DNA from: the human T2T-CHM13v2.0 reference genome, Homo sapiens
Assembly (NCBI RefSeq): GCF_009914755.1
Contig: NC_060934.1
Length of the DNA stretch: 64,000 nt
Strand: one strand, 5' to 3'
Shown: piece by piece, positions 33,046-49,768 of the stretch
How positions within the stretch are numbered: position 1 is the first letter of the stretch
How the letters are laid out: every line of letters starts with the position of its first letter
Notes under the pieces: model-generated
Seen by the model: only the letters and a program-made list of their open reading frames with translations
What the model was told of the DNA's origin: nothing
Database searches by the model: none
Made by a program: the position numbers and the translations under genes

Positions 33046-35070
33046 TTGATTAAATGGGTATCAAACTTTCCTATGCTCTTAATCAGTCATCTGACTTCCC
33101 AGCATCCCACAATTTGGGTTAAGATAGGCTTTTCTGCAAAAACAAAAGCGGGCCGTGTCTCTGATCCTCCCACCCAGCAGAGTATGCCAGGGCTAGGTGC
33201 TGTGGCTGTGGCCACTTTTCCTTCTTGTAGGGCAAGCATAAAGATATTAGGTCAGTAGGAGTAAAGAGTGGGGCAAATGGGCTTCTTGGGTATGAGGAAG
33301 TCAAGGTTTAGATGTGAGCTGTTTAGAGAAGTTGTTTGGAAAAGCTATCTGCCCTGCAGCTAGTGACTACTGTCCCCATCACAGAAAGGAGAATGCTACT
33401 TCTTTTGTAAGAGGCTGAGTTTGAGTGTGGCACCTTCCTGCTGGGAGAAAGGGGAGCCCTCATTCCAGATATCTCATCTGGGCAACCCAGAGTGAGGCCT
33501 GGGGTTACTTTCAGAAGGTTCTGCTTGTCACACCACAGTTAACAAGGCATGTTCCTGTGAGAAGGGGCAGGGACACTACCCCTTTTTTACTGCACAAAAC
33601 TCACTTGTATCCATCTAGACTTATATCTTCTGACCCCATTCACCCTATCACACAATAGCCAACAGCACACACATTGCTCTGCTGTGAGCTGCATAGTGAA
33701 GACCAAGAAAGTGATCTGGGATAGCAGCTGGACTCAGACTAAGTGAGGAACAGTTGAGCAGGTAGGACTTGTATTGGTCCAGATCACAGCTTGTCTCAAG
33801 CTAAAAATATAGGCAGATTGGGTAGGGCTTATAAAAAAAAGACCCACAGAGTCATAACTCAGAGGCTAGAGTCCAAGATGAGAGCCCAGCGTAGTCTACC
33901 ATCAGGGCAGACCTTAGCTCTGAAGGCAGGTGGAAAGTCCTGGCCCACACAAGGGGTGTTATAAAGGAAGCTTGGTTATGAGAGCTCCAGCTGGAGCAAA
34001 GAGGCTTTGTAGTCTACGACTGGGATCTTCAAAGAGAGCCCCCATGTGGAGATCCGCCAAATCTTGCTCCTAGATGTTGGCATACTTTATTTAAATTCTG
34101 AAAAGGATATCATGAAGATTTCTGGATATAAAATATTATCCTGATTTCATGGCAGGGATATAGGAGGGAGGGTATGATGATATGATTTTATATGAACCTA
34201 GTTGATGTTTAATGACATTACTTATTTAACTTTGTCAGTATTGATCGAGGCCATGTAGGGATTATCTGGTCAAAGGAATTCTGTGATTAACTTTTTAAAT
34301 TTTATTATTTACCCTAAATGTGTGTTTTTGAAAACTGAGGGATTTTTGTCTGACTCACACACTGTCTCTGTTGTTCAGTATGTGTATATTTCAAATTAGA
34401 CAGATAAAATCATCCAAAATAATGATTTTGCTTTCATGAATAGACTCATTAAATTTATGAGTATGATATATTCATTTTAATATTTAGTAATGTATCTGTT
34501 TCCACATCTATGTTCAAATTGTTTATAACCTTTATATATATCATATATCAGAATTTCACTATAATCACTCTACTAGACTTCTATGCTGAATCTTTACTTT
34601 TCTTTCTTCTTTCTTTTTTTTTTTCATGAATACCTTGTAGAAAAAAGCATGCCTACTCTACAGCACTTTAGGTGGTACTGTTTTCTGAATGATGGGGAAA
34701 AAAAGGATTTAGGGTCACATGGTCTGGTATCTTTGGACCCTGCCCTACACTGTGTATTCTCAGTAGTTGAAATATTACAGTTGAGTATCTCAGAACATTT
34801 TCCATAGGGGAGGAAGGGCTATTTCAGCAGTCTTTCAGTGAAGAATTGCAAAGATGGGCTATAGAAAAATCATATTGTGTAATACTAAACCTTAAATGAG
34901 TTCTAAATTCAGTGAAATTTCATTGTAACACAAGTTCAACTGGAACTTGTTCTGTGGGTGGCAGGATCAGACGCACAGTTCACAGTAAGGTTCCAGTACA
35001 TTTCATTTATTTGCATATTAATCATTGGAGACAAGCATGTAAACTTATTTTCCTTTTTGGTATTCAACAG

Positions 35071-35269
35071 AGACCAGTAAACCGTAGTTATCCCAAATGC
35101 TTTTCACTTGGTGTTAATTTACAAAATGTTGCTGAGAGTGAAGAGGAAGAGTTTATGAAAGAATTCATTTTGACAGATATACTCAAAGTAAAAGCTGCTG
35201 ACTATGAAGATGATCAAGAACAAATAAAAAAACAGAAGGCAAATATTTTTGTACCAAGTAGTTCTCCAG
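35071..35269 (+). CDS. CC2D2B: CC2D2B coding exon: RPVNRSYPK...KANIFVPSSSP
   Basis: Acceptor tattcaacag|, donor CCAG|gtaaca. 199 nt, inside ORF 34912-35289. Confidence 0.9.
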
Positions 35270-35348
35270 GTAACATTCTTTCCCAGTAAAATATTCAAGT
35301 CATTAACGAATTATGTTATGGGATAATAGCTTTATTGTATGCTGGATA

Positions 35349-35354
35349 AATAAA
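35349..35354 (+). terminator. Candidate intronic polyadenylation signal for a short (C10orf131-type) isoform
   Basis: AATAAA lies 60 nt after the read-through stop TAA (35287-35289), followed by T-rich sequence. Confidence 0.5.
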
Positions 35355-35648
35355 AAATACTGATCTAAAATTATAGTAACTTTTCTATATTTGTTTTTCA
35401 TGACTTCCCTGAATTAAGGGAACTGATTAAGAGAACTCATTCTTCATTTAAAAAATGTACATATATAGGCATATGTATTTATATATAGAGAGAGAGAGCG
35501 AGCGAGAAAGTAAGAGACAGTGAGAGAGAGGCTTTCTGCTAGACTTCAGTAGTAGGGTGTAATTATAGTTGTTTGTACTACTTATTTGGTCAATATCCAT
35601 TTAATATTTTGGACTTTAAAGTAATATCTAAGTTTTATTGTTATAAAG

Positions 35649-35785
35649 TGGTTAACCAGCACAAACTGCCAAAAGATATGATGCCACGTATTCTAGAAGA
35701 TGAAGGATTCTATATTCAGAGAAAGCCAGAAATATACAAAAAGACCTGCAACAAAATGGAAAATCGCCTGCTTAAACTAGAAGAG
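35649..35785 (+). CDS. CC2D2B: CC2D2B coding exon: VVNQHKLPKDMMPRILEDEGFY...NRLLKLEE
   Basis: Acceptor ttataaag|, non-canonical donor GAG|gcaagt. The PRILEDEGFY motif resembles CC2D2A (PRxLEDEGLY, recalled). Confidence 0.88.
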
Positions 35786-35876
35786 GCAAGTGCACCACCT
35801 AACAAGTTAAAACACTGGCTACTATGTGACTTATTTAGCAAAATATTTAATTACTATACTTAAATATTTTTGATAG

Positions 35877-36005
35877 GGAAAATGTTGGTTTGGAGAAAGT
35901 GGAGAAATAATGTCATTACCTACACCTATTAAACAGTCATGGAATTTCAGACTAAATGTAAGGAAGGAACCTTTAAATCCATTACTTAAGACCATATACA
36001 GGAAG
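35877..36005 (+). CDS. CC2D2B: CC2D2B coding exon: GKCWFGESGEIMSLPTPIKQ...LKTIYRK
   Basis: Acceptor tttgatag|, donor AAG|gtaacc. 129 nt; WFGxxGxIxxLPxPIK resembles CC2D2A. Confidence 0.9.
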
Positions 36006-36289
36006 GTAACCAACAACAATTTATTTGTAATTATGGTTAAAATTCTTGTAATATCAATTATCGCTGGTGGTTTTGTGGTGTTGATTTATCCTTTAAAGAT
36101 ACTAAGTCTACTAATATAATGTCTAAATCATGATGAAATGTTAAATAGCCCTTAAAATTATAGTTTCAAGGAATATTGAATGATATGGGGAAATGCTCAA
36201 AATAAAATCTGAAGTGAAAAAAGCAGAATGCAAAATTATGTATGGTGCTAATTTTACAAAAATAATGAATAAATGAATGATACTCAAGG

Positions 36290-37790
36290 TAGCCACTATT
36301 ATAACTTCTACCACTACGTTACTCTTGTCTGTTAGTTTTACCTATTTTATATAAATGGAATAATAGAATAGGTACTCTATATTGTTGTGTACAGCAATAG
36401 CTTGTTCATTTCTGTTGCTGTATAGAACTCCATAGTATGAAAAATACCTTTATTTATTAACCATTCTTTTATTGATGGATATAAGTTACATCCAGTTTTG
36501 ACTATTACTAATAACACTACCATGAAAATTTGCACATCTTCTGATAACTGTGTGTGTATGCATTTTCTGTTGGTAAATATCTCAGAGTAGAAATGCTGGG
36601 TTATAGGTTTGTATATGTTTAGTTTTACTATATAGTGCCAAATGATTTTCTAAAGTGGTTGTACCAAACTATACACAAACTAAGAAGTGTGTGAGAGTTT
36701 CAGCTGCTTTATATTCCTGTCAACATTTGGTATTATCTGTCTTTTAAATCATAGCCATTCTGATGTACATAAGTTGTATTTCATTGAAGTTTTAATCTGC
36801 ATTTCCCTAATGACTAATGAAACTGAACACCTTTTCATGTCTGTTGGTTATTAGGACAGCCTTTTTTATGAAAGCTTGGTTAAGACTTTTACCCATTTTT
36901 TTCTTATTGGATTGTCTGCTTTTTCTTATTGATGTGTTGATTTCTGGATGTGAGCCCTCATATAATGTACTCTATGGCTAATTTTCTCACTGTCTGTATT
37001 AGTCCATTCTCACATTACTATAAAGAAATACCTGAGACTGGGTAATTTATAAATAAAAGAGGTGTAATTGGCTCATGATTCTACAGGCTGTACAGGAAGC
37101 ATGATGCTGGCATCTGCTTGGCTTCTGGGGAGGCCTCAAGAAACTTCTGGGAGGCCTCAGGAAACTTGCAGTCATGGTGGAGGGCAAAGAGGGAGCTGGC
37201 ACTTCACGAGGCTAGAGTAGGAAGAAGAAAGAGAAGAGGGGAGGTGCCACCCACTTTTGAATGACTAGATCTCATGAGAACTCTATCACCAGAACAACCC
37301 CAAGGGGATGGTGTTAAACCATTCATGAAGGACCCACCCCCATGATCCAATCACTTTGTACCAAGCCCCACCTCCAACATTGGGGGTTACAACTCAACAT
37401 GAGATTTGGGTGGAGACACAGATCCAAACCATATCACTCTTAATTGTGCTTTTTGATGGGATATTCTTAATTTTAATGTAGTATAATTTACCATTTTCTT
37501 TTTCTTTAGGGTTAGCACCTTTTATAGCCTGTTTAAGAAAGTGTGCTTACTCCAGGTCCCAAAAGTATTCTTCTGTTTTTATTCTAAAAAGTTTATTGTT
37601 GTACCTTTCTCATTTAGAGTTACCACCCATCTGGAAGGTACTTTCTATGTATAGTGGTAGGTAGGGGGTCATATTTCATTTCATCCACATGGATATCCAG
37701 TTGACTTAGTACCATTTATTGAAAAAAATCAATAAACCTTTTCTCATTATAATTCATTGTCATCTTTGACATTAGTCAGCTGACCATCTA
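36290..37790 (-). mobile_element. Old L1M (MC/ME-type) 3' region
   Basis: Antisense ORF2-end/3'UTR motifs (atctgcatttccctaatgactaatga; ggatatccagttg). Confidence 0.7.
36995..37436 (-). mobile_element. MSTA/B solo LTR nested in L1M
   Basis: tgtattagtccattc...ccaaaccatatca termini, with a small internal ~22-bp duplication near 37122-37166. Confidence 0.88.
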
Positions 37791-37799
37791 TGACTTTAA

Positions 37800-39408
37800 A
37801 AATAAAGGACTAGTCAATGGAAAGACATCCCATGTTCATGGGTTAGAGGACTTAATATTGTTAAAAATATCCATACTACCCAAACTGATCTGCAGACTTA
37901 GAGCAATCCATTTCAAACTCCCAATGACATTTTTTTACAGAAATGGAAAAAAAATCCAATAATTAATAAGGAACCACAAAGGACCTTCAAGGTAGAAGCT
38001 TTATATTCCTGACTTCAAAATATATTACAAAGCTACATTAATCAAAACAGGATGGTACTGGCATAAAGACAGATATATGGACCAATGGAACAGAATGAAG
38101 AGCCCAGAAATAAACTTATGTATATACAGTCAAATGATCTTCAAGAGGGTGCCAAGACTACACAATGGGGAAAGGATAGTCTCTTCAACAAATGGTGCTG
38201 GGAAGACTGGACATCCACTTGCAAAAGAATGAAATCAGACCTTTATCTTACATCATACACAAACATCAACTCGAGATGGAGTAAAGACTTAAAAACAATA
38301 CCTGAAACTATAAAACTCCTAGATGAGAACGTGGAGGAAAGCCTTTATAACATCGTTCTTGGCAGTGGTTTCCTGGATATGACACCAAAAGCGTAGGCAA
38401 CAAAACAAAAATAGAGAAGTGAGACTACAACAAACTAAAATGCATCTGTTGCAGTAAAGGAAACAATCACCAGAGACAGAAGGCAACCTATGGAATGGGA
38501 GAAAATATTTGCAAACCATATATCTGATAAGAGATTGAAATCCAAAATATATAAAGAACTGATTTAACTCAGTAACAAATTAAAAAATGGGAAAAAGACT
38601 TGAACAGACATTTCTCCAAAAAAAACCAAAGATGCATACAAATGGCCAACAGACATATAAAACATGCCTAACATCACTAATTGTCAGAGAAATGCAAATC
38701 AAAACCATAGTAAGATATCACTTCTCACCTGTTAGGATGGTCATTATTTAAAAAAAAAATCCCCTGAAAATAACAAGTGTTGGCAACAATGCGGAGAAAT
38801 TAGAACCCTTGTACACTGTTGGTGGGAATGTAAAATGGTGCGACCACTATGGAAAATGGTATGGAGTTCCTCTGCAAATTTAAAATAGAACCGTAATATG
38901 ATCCAACAATCTCACTTCTGGGTATTTATCCAGAAAAATTAAATTTAAGATTTTGAAGTGATATTTGCATTCCCATGTTCATTGCAGCATTATTCACAAT
39001 AGCCAAGAGGTGGAAACAACCTAGCTGTTCATTGACAGTTGAATAAAGAAAACATGGTGTATGTAGCCATAAATAATAAATCTTGTCATATCCTAAAACA
39101 TGGGTGAAGCTTGAAGATGTTATACTAAATGAAATAAGTCAATCACAGAAGAACAAATTCTGCATGATTCTGCTTATATGAGGTATCCAAAGTAGTTCAG
39201 CTTCACAGAAGCAGAAGGTAGAATGGCGGTTGCCAGGGGCTTGGGGAAGAGAGAAATAGGGAGTTGCTGTTCAAAGGGTATAGAATTTCAGTCATGCAAG
39301 ATGAAAAAGCCCTAGGGATCTATGGTACAACATTGTGCTTATAGTTAATAGTACTGTAAACTTAAACGAGGGTAGATCTCATGTTTTGTATTTTTTACCA
39401 TAAAAAAT
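37800..39408 (+). mobile_element. 5'-truncated L1MA9/L1MB-type element
   Basis: ORF2 remnant 38085-38396 ([12 protein letters not shown]). The 3' end reads gagggtagatctcatg...ttaccataaaaaa. Confidence 0.82.
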
Positions 39409-41959
39409 AGGACCATTCAGATTTTATATTTTCTCTAATTTGTCTTCTACTTTTGCTTTTTAAAAAATTCTTTTTTCTCTCTGAATTTTAGTTTGCATAT
39501 ATTCTATTGACCTGTCTTAACCATTCACTTATATAATTTTCTGCCATATTTTATCTCCAGTTAAATCCACCCAATGAGTTCTTTCCCTTTATTTCTTTTA
39601 TATGTTTAAAATATCCCCTTCTTCACCTTAAGAAAAAGATTTGGTAGTGTTTATTTGCCCTTGTGTTCTTTCTAGTATAGGCTTAATTTCTAAATTTTAA
39701 ATTTTTTGCCATTTTCTTTCACCTAATTTCTGAGTTTAATTCTGATTTATGTTTTTAAATGTCATATAACTTCCATATAAATTCAGCTCACTGTGAAAAC
39801 CACATTTCTATTTTTATCTGGTTTTGGATACCTTTCTGGTGTGCTTTGATTTCCTGTAGGCTGTTATTTTGCTGTTTATTCTTTTTTCTTATAGAAACTT
39901 TGATGGATTTAATCTTGATCCTTTTCTACTGCTTATTTTTATATAAAATTATTTTTCCTAAACTTTTATAAAAAGGCTCAGTTCAAATAACTTTTCTATT
40001 TTCACAGACCTGTTGTTTTTGTGTTGTGTTAAAATATATTGTGGCTGGATTTCTGAAATGTCTTGGCTCTATTCCCTTCCCCAGATTTTTTTCTGGACCT
40101 CCTTTTTCCTTAATTCCTGTGGTCCCCATACTTCTTAGTTTCGATTTCACTCCCAGTAGTTTCTATTCAGTGTGAAGCCTCATTCTGAAAATTCCTGGGA
40201 ACTAGATTCCTGCAGCTCCTTCGGTCCTTAACCTGACCATCCACAATTGGAGTAGACAAAACCTGTTCCAATTTTAGCTGCTGTTTTTAAGTTGGCCTGC
40301 TGTACTTTCTGGTGCATTTCTGTTGGCTCTTTTGGACTCTTGTCAGGTCTATCAGATGTTCCATTGCTTCTCTCTGCTATCTCCCACACAATCGCCAATG
40401 CTATTCAGACCTTCTGAATATTGATGATTTGTCTTCACTGACTTGTGTTTTGGGTTTCATGAGGCATTTCTTGAGAACTACTTCTATTATAAATCTTGTC
40501 CGTGGATTTTTGGTTTTGCTGTCTAGTTGCTCTGCCTCTTTTAATATAGGAATTTGGGAAGATCTAAAACTGTACTGCCACCATATTTTCAGACCAGCCC
40601 ATCTGCTGACTTCTTAATTTTACATATTTTCAATACATTTTTTGCTTGAAAGTGTTCATTCGACATTTAATTCTTCTGTAAATATTCTAATTTTCTTGAG
40701 ATATATTTAGTCTTTTCATGGGTTTTTGCTGCTATTTTTAATACAGTAATAATAGCTACTTTAAAGTTCATATCTGGTAACTACAATATTTGGATCACTA
40801 TGAATCTTTTTATTATCTATTTTTTCTCTTGGTTTTGCTCATTTAGTCTTGCCTCTTATTATGACAGGTGATTTTAAAAATTGTATTCTACATTATTATA
40901 TATGAAAAATTATAGAAGCCCGAGATGATGTTATCTTCCACCAGAAATGTTCCATCCTTTGCTTTGTTAAGCGTATTGAGGATGATCATCTTCATCCAAC
41001 CAGGGACTTAACTGATTTAAAGACTGAATTACAGTTTTGTTAAGGCTCATTCTGTATCTATATTTTCCGTTTACCTAGTATTTTCTCTGCTTGACTGCAA
41101 GCAGGGCAGGGTTTTTGTTTTGTTTTATTGGCTTGTTTTATAATTTATTGCTAACACCTACCCAAATGCCTAGCATTGAACGAATGCTTATATTATGTGT
41201 AATAGAACTCATCACCTCAGTCACTGTATGCTTTTAGGGTCCTAATATAATTTAGAAGATAAAGACTGACAGAAGTTCACTGGCATAATCTTAGAAAATG
41301 TTATTTCCTACAAGGTGCTTATCATACCATGAGAGACTAGCAATGTCTCTGCCCCATCCTAATTCATAGTGGAACACAGTTGTCAAGATTTTATAAATGG
41401 TACCACCATACCAAACATTACAATATCTTCATGTATTTTCCCAGTTGGCTTACTATAAAAGAATCTATCACCATTAAAATATAAAAACATAAAAGAATAA
41501 AAGAGGAGGGAAAAGCCCTGCTATTTATCTTATTCTTTGATATTATGTGGCATAATTTCTAGACTTTATAGTGACAATGCATTTTATCTAAATTTTGCTC
41601 CAGATATAGCAGAGATATTTTGGTGTAATTATCTGGGATCATTGCTTTTAGGAGAGAGGCCTTTGAAACAACAACAATTTGTTGAATGAATGAATAAATG
41701 AACAAATGCATCATAAAAAGTAAATGCATAATTTACAATTATTGAAGAAATATTAACCACCATTCAGGTTAACCTTTGTAATAATCTAGAATCCCAAGTT
41801 GGAAACCACTGGGCTGAACAAGTAACTTTCTTTTAGTGCATCTGTTCTAGCTTCATCCAAGCACAATTACAGGATTTCATGGACTGCTATAATTTGGAAA
41901 AAATGTAAAGGCCATCTCACCAACTGTCTAAATTGAGTTTTAAAATTCTTTCTTGCAGC

Positions 41960-42301
41960 TGCTGTGATTTGAATGTGTCTCCTCTAAAATTCAGGTTTTT
42001 TCAATGTGATAGCATTAAGGGGTAGGACCTATAAAAGGCAATTAGGCCATTAAGGCCCCTCCGCTATTGTCAATGGATTAGGTGCTCTTATAAAGGGGCT
42101 TTTGCCCTTCCACCATCTGCCATGTGAGGACACAGCATTCCTCCCTTCCAGCGGACACAGCAAAAAGGTCCACACTAGACATGAGATGTGGTGTCTTAAT
42201 CTTGGACTTCCCAGCCTCCAGAACTGTGGAATAAATTTCTTTTCTTTATAATTTACCTAGCCTCAGGTACTCTGTTATAGTAGAACAAATTGACTAAGAC
42301 A
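41960..42301 (+). mobile_element. MaLR solo LTR (MSTC/D-like)
   Basis: TGCTGTGATTTGAATG...GACTAAGACA termini with TSD gcagc/gtagc. Confidence 0.82.
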
Positions 42302-42703
42302 GTAGCATCCTTAACAGATCATGTCCTAGATTTTGTGTCAGACAAATGCCTCTACCTGCCTTTCTCTTCTATCTTCTTCACATTTTTCGTGTTGCCCAGC
42401 CAGCCTTGAAGGAAAAGCTGATTTACGGTCTCTCACCAGAATAAATATAAGGGCAACCAAGGTAGATATAATAGTTGTATGCATATCAGAGTCCTGTCTT
42501 TGCTTCTGCCTCTGCCAGGTACTTTAACAGCTTGTTGTACCTCTACTATCCCAGGTACCCTATTTGCCTGCTATTTACTGATTAGTTTCGTCTGACCATT
42601 TGACTATGACCTTCCCTCTGCTCCCATTTCTAGCACTCTTTTTATATATTTACATAGATTTTTATATGTCAACCAGCTTGGATGTTTTTGTGCTTTTATG
42701 TAG

Positions 42704-43161
<458 letters not shown>

Positions 43162-44094
43162 GACAGTTCTAATTGTTCTTTGTTTTCTGTTGTTAAAGTC
43201 TGTCTCCAGGTCACTTCTACTTATTTGACCCTTTTTGGCCATAAGGAACACATAAAGTACTTCATCTATGTGACACCTCCTCAAATGTTTGAAGCCTACA
43301 GTCACTTCCACCTTTAGTTTTTGCTCTCCAGTCTAAATTGCCTCCTTTGGTTGTTGTTAGATATTCCACCACCTCATTTACCCTCCTCTAGCTTCTTAGC
43401 ACTGTAGTCAGTAGGTGCTGAAGAGGACAGGACCAAGGGCAGAGGCTTGTGTCACTCCATTAGAAACCCAAAGCAACTGAGCAACACAGTTATTCAACCA
43501 GTGCTGGATCTGCTTAACAAGACAGGATTCTCTAGCTTAGGAACTTTAATTTTCAAAAGTTCATTTACAATTTAGTTGTTTTAAATGGAAAATGATTTTT
43601 CCTTGGTGTTTTCTTTCCTGTTTAATGGCCAATTTACCAACTTATTACCAATTGTCTAAATCTCTCAGGTGAAATCAAGAGCAGGTTTCCCCTTTTATGG
43701 GTTGGCTCTTACATAAAGAACAAAGACTTACCAGCCATAAACAAGCTTTATTGCTGTTTGTCTGCCTCCCTGAAACCCAGTAAGGAAGAAGGAAAGGTTC
43801 CTAACTCAGGAAAAAATAAGGAGGCAGAGATTTAGGCACCGTACAGATGGCTTTCAGTCCTTGAGGAGCATTGGGTCTGCCACACCAGGTTAGGGGTGGG
43901 ACAACATTAGGTGTAATAGCAATGGCACAGACTGAAGAGCATATCATATTACACCAGACTGATCCAGAGAGTGGGCTCAGTGTGCTCCTATTTGGGTTGA
44001 TGCATTCATGGCTTTTATCAGGAGTGGCTAGGCATTGATGAATCAGGCTGCATATGCTAAGTAACTCACCAACCCTCGTAAATTGCATTACTGA

Positions 44095-44503
<409 letters not shown>

Positions 44504-44550
44504 TATTCCTTTACTTTCTTAATAAACTTGCTTTTACTTAAAAAAAAGGT

Positions 44551-44862
<312 letters not shown>

Positions 44863-45218
44863 CTAAAACAGTTGAATCATCTTCCATATGATCTAAAGCC
44901 TACAGACTTCAGAAATTTAAGGACAATCTGGTATCAAAATGGAGACAATCTCATGTACAAAAACAGGTGCTCTTCTTATGGGAATTGCTTAGAGGGCCCA
45001 GGCTCCTGAAGATAATTTCCCAGAGGATCACCAGTGTATTCATTTATAAACAATGTTTTAATAAGTAATTCTCATTTAACTCTGGCCCACGGTTCTAAAC
45101 ACCATTTGTCATAGTGTTTCTATAGGAAATTATTTTTGGTTTTATAACTTGAAAGTCCAACTTCCACTCCACCAGCACACAATAGTGAGATAGATTACAA
45201 TAGTTAATAGTAAGATGA

Positions 45219-46767
<1,549 letters not shown>

Positions 46768-46983
46768 AATAGTAAGATGATTAAAATGCTGTAATATAAA
46801 TATATTTGATGAAATTAAGGGCCATAATCAATTTAAGGAAAAGGAATCAAATTATTATTTTTTGTTTTTCTATATCTCTTGATTTTCCTACAATTGAAAT
46901 GTTACTTTTGTAAGGAAAAGTTACTTATAATTTCAAAAGAAACTGAATCAAATTAACATTGTGCACTTATTTTTCTTTAAAAG

Positions 46984-47193
46984 GCAGTAAAATATGACCT
47001 GGGAAGTTCATTTATGAACAAAATGGAAGGTTCAAGGGAAATATACCAGTTAGACCTCAACATTGTGGGTTTGCAATTCAGCCATCATCATCTCTTCAAT
47101 CAAGAGCAAGTATTATGCGCAAGGCTTCTCCAACTTTATGAATGTTTTCAGGACAGGCAGCAACAGAATGTATCTCAGCTGCTTTATGAGAAG
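46984..47193 (+). CDS. CC2D2B: CC2D2B coding exon: AVKYDLGSSFMNKMEG...FSHHHLFNQEQVL...LLYEK
   Basis: Acceptor ttttctttaaaag|, donor AAG|gtgaga. 210 nt; the YQLD..FxHH motif resembles CC2D2A. Confidence 0.9.
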
Positions 47194-47862
47194 GTGAGAA
47201 TGGCTTTCATTATAAAGCTAAACATTTAATATTGAAAAAGAAAAAATTCCTTGTGCAGAGCAAATTATCAGAACATTTTCTAAATATTTAAGTAGAACAA
47301 TGGTTCAATTTCAGTTTCTCTGAAAAGAAACTGTAGGAATTGACTGGCTGGGGAGAAAGCTTTAAATATATCCTATGGGATATTTATTTACCACAAATGG
47401 TTTACTAATCAATGATATTCTTGGTCCTATAACTCAAGAAGAGTATTTGAAATGATTATTAATGAAAAGAGCCATGTGGCTGTTTTAAGTCTTATAATAA
47501 AGTATTTTAATTAAAATATTAGAAATCTTGACTCTCATAACAAACCTGAAGAGTCTTGGTCTGAGGATGATTAATCCAAACAGTCATCTCATGACATCAT
47601 GAGGGGTATATGAAGTCTGAAGAGAAATAGAAGGAGTACCCACTGATTACTTTTATAAACTTGTGCCTCATTTAAACTCTCTGCTAGTTTTCTGATATAT
47701 GAGCATTTTGTTGACTAGTGTTCTCTTGGGAAAGGTATTTTGATAGTATGTCTCATTCAACTAATGAATACATTTGAAATCAAATCCCCTCTAAGCTATT
47801 TAATGAAACATTCAATCCTGATGGAGCCACAAAGCCGTCTCAATAAACTGGACATGAACTAA

Positions 47863-48206
<344 letters not shown>

Positions 48207-48255
48207 AATATGTGCTTTTTAAAATATAAGTTTAAAACCCACAGGACTTAATCCA

Positions 48256-48539
48256 TTTTTTTTTTTGAGATAAGGTGTCATTCAGGCTGCAATGCAGTGG
48301 CTCAATCATGGCTCACTGCAGCCTCAACCCAGGCTCAAGCTGTCCTCCCACTTCAGCCTCCTAAGTAGCTGGAACTACAGATGTGCACCATCACACCCAG
48401 CTAAAGTTTTTTTCTTTTTCATAGAGACAGGCTTTTGCCGTGTTGCCCAGGCTGCTCTTGAACTCCTGGGCTCAAGCGATTTGCCTGCCTCGGCCTCCTT
48501 ATATGGTGGGATTACAGGTGTGAGCCACCATGCCCAGCC
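48256..48539 (-). mobile_element. AluJ
   Basis: Diverged Alu reverse complement. Confidence 0.88.
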
Positions 48540-49643
48540 AGGAGTTAATCTATTTGATTTGATGAAGCAATTGTGTGGGAGAACTTAATAGATGAACACC
48601 ATGCATTAGCAATATCAGAAGATTTCCTAAAATAAATATTGAATATTCTAACTTTTAGTAAAATATGGCCATTTTTTAAATGAATGAAGGAAACAACTCA
48701 GATTAAAATGCAGATCATTTAAAAAGTGATTTGATCTACAGATTTCTGCTTTATAGAATTTTTTCCCACAATATTATAGAATCTTTAAAATCTGATTTAG
48801 CAATATCAATTTTAGTTTATTAGAGTACCATCTATTAAAGTATATATAGACTCTGGGTTTATTTTTCATGTATATGCATGGCTCTCTGCATAAAATAAAA
48901 ACTTTTGGGGTTATTATTTGCAATATGTTTCAGTATTATTATTGTATTAGGAACCAAATGTAATTTCTCAGTGGATTTTTGCTTTTTTTCAATTTATTCT
49001 CTTATGTGAATGTAAACATTTTCTCTAACTCCCAGTAAATTGTGAAAAGAGAAATGTGCTTGGAAGTGTGCATAATCTTCTCTTCTGAGGTAGAGAAGAG
49101 CAGTGGGGAAGAGAAGAAAAGGCCAGGTGGTGCAGAGCATGTTCATTGGCCTCCCACTAAAAGATTAATTTCTTAAACATGGATAATTTAGTCCCTGGGT
49201 GTGAAATGTATGGCTTTGCCTGTTCCCAGTGTTTTCAAACCAATTCAGAGTAGTGGAAGAGTCATTGGCATCCAAGGAATTCTTAAACTGAAATATGCTC
49301 CTTTATATGAGTATGACTTCCACTTAAAGAACAAAGAGGGATGTTGCTGATAGTATGAGAGAGTAGAAAGGATGCTCAGCTATGCAGATTTCTGCTCTTT
49401 TTCCCTCTAGCTTTAAAAAATTGTACAAGTAATACCGGAATACGTTCTCACTGGAAAAGATTAATTGTAGAAGTGTCAAGATGTGAAAGCCCTACTTCGT
49501 TCATCACCTCATGGTTTGGACATCCTTTAGTTCTTTGAGTACATCCTTAAAGTTCTCCTCTCCCTGTATTTCTATATGTATGTATGCCATGATTGTTTTT
49601 AACATAAATTGGATCTTACCATATGTATTATTTGGCAACTTGG

Positions 49644-49768
49644 TTTTTTTTAGATACAGCATCTTGTTATGTTGCCCAGGCTGGACTCAAACTCCTGGGC
49701 TCAAGCAATCCTCCCACCTCAGCCTCCCAAGTAGGTGAGACTACAGGTGTGCACCACCATGCCCAGCT
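49644..49768 (-). mobile_element. Alu monomer (FLAM-like) within old L1M
   Basis: Single arm of about 125 bp. Confidence 0.75.

Noticed and set aside
46981-46987. Tandem acceptor AAG|GCAG|
   Set aside because: Using the downstream AG shifts the frame by 4 nt and gives an immediate TAA, and nothing suggests regulated use.
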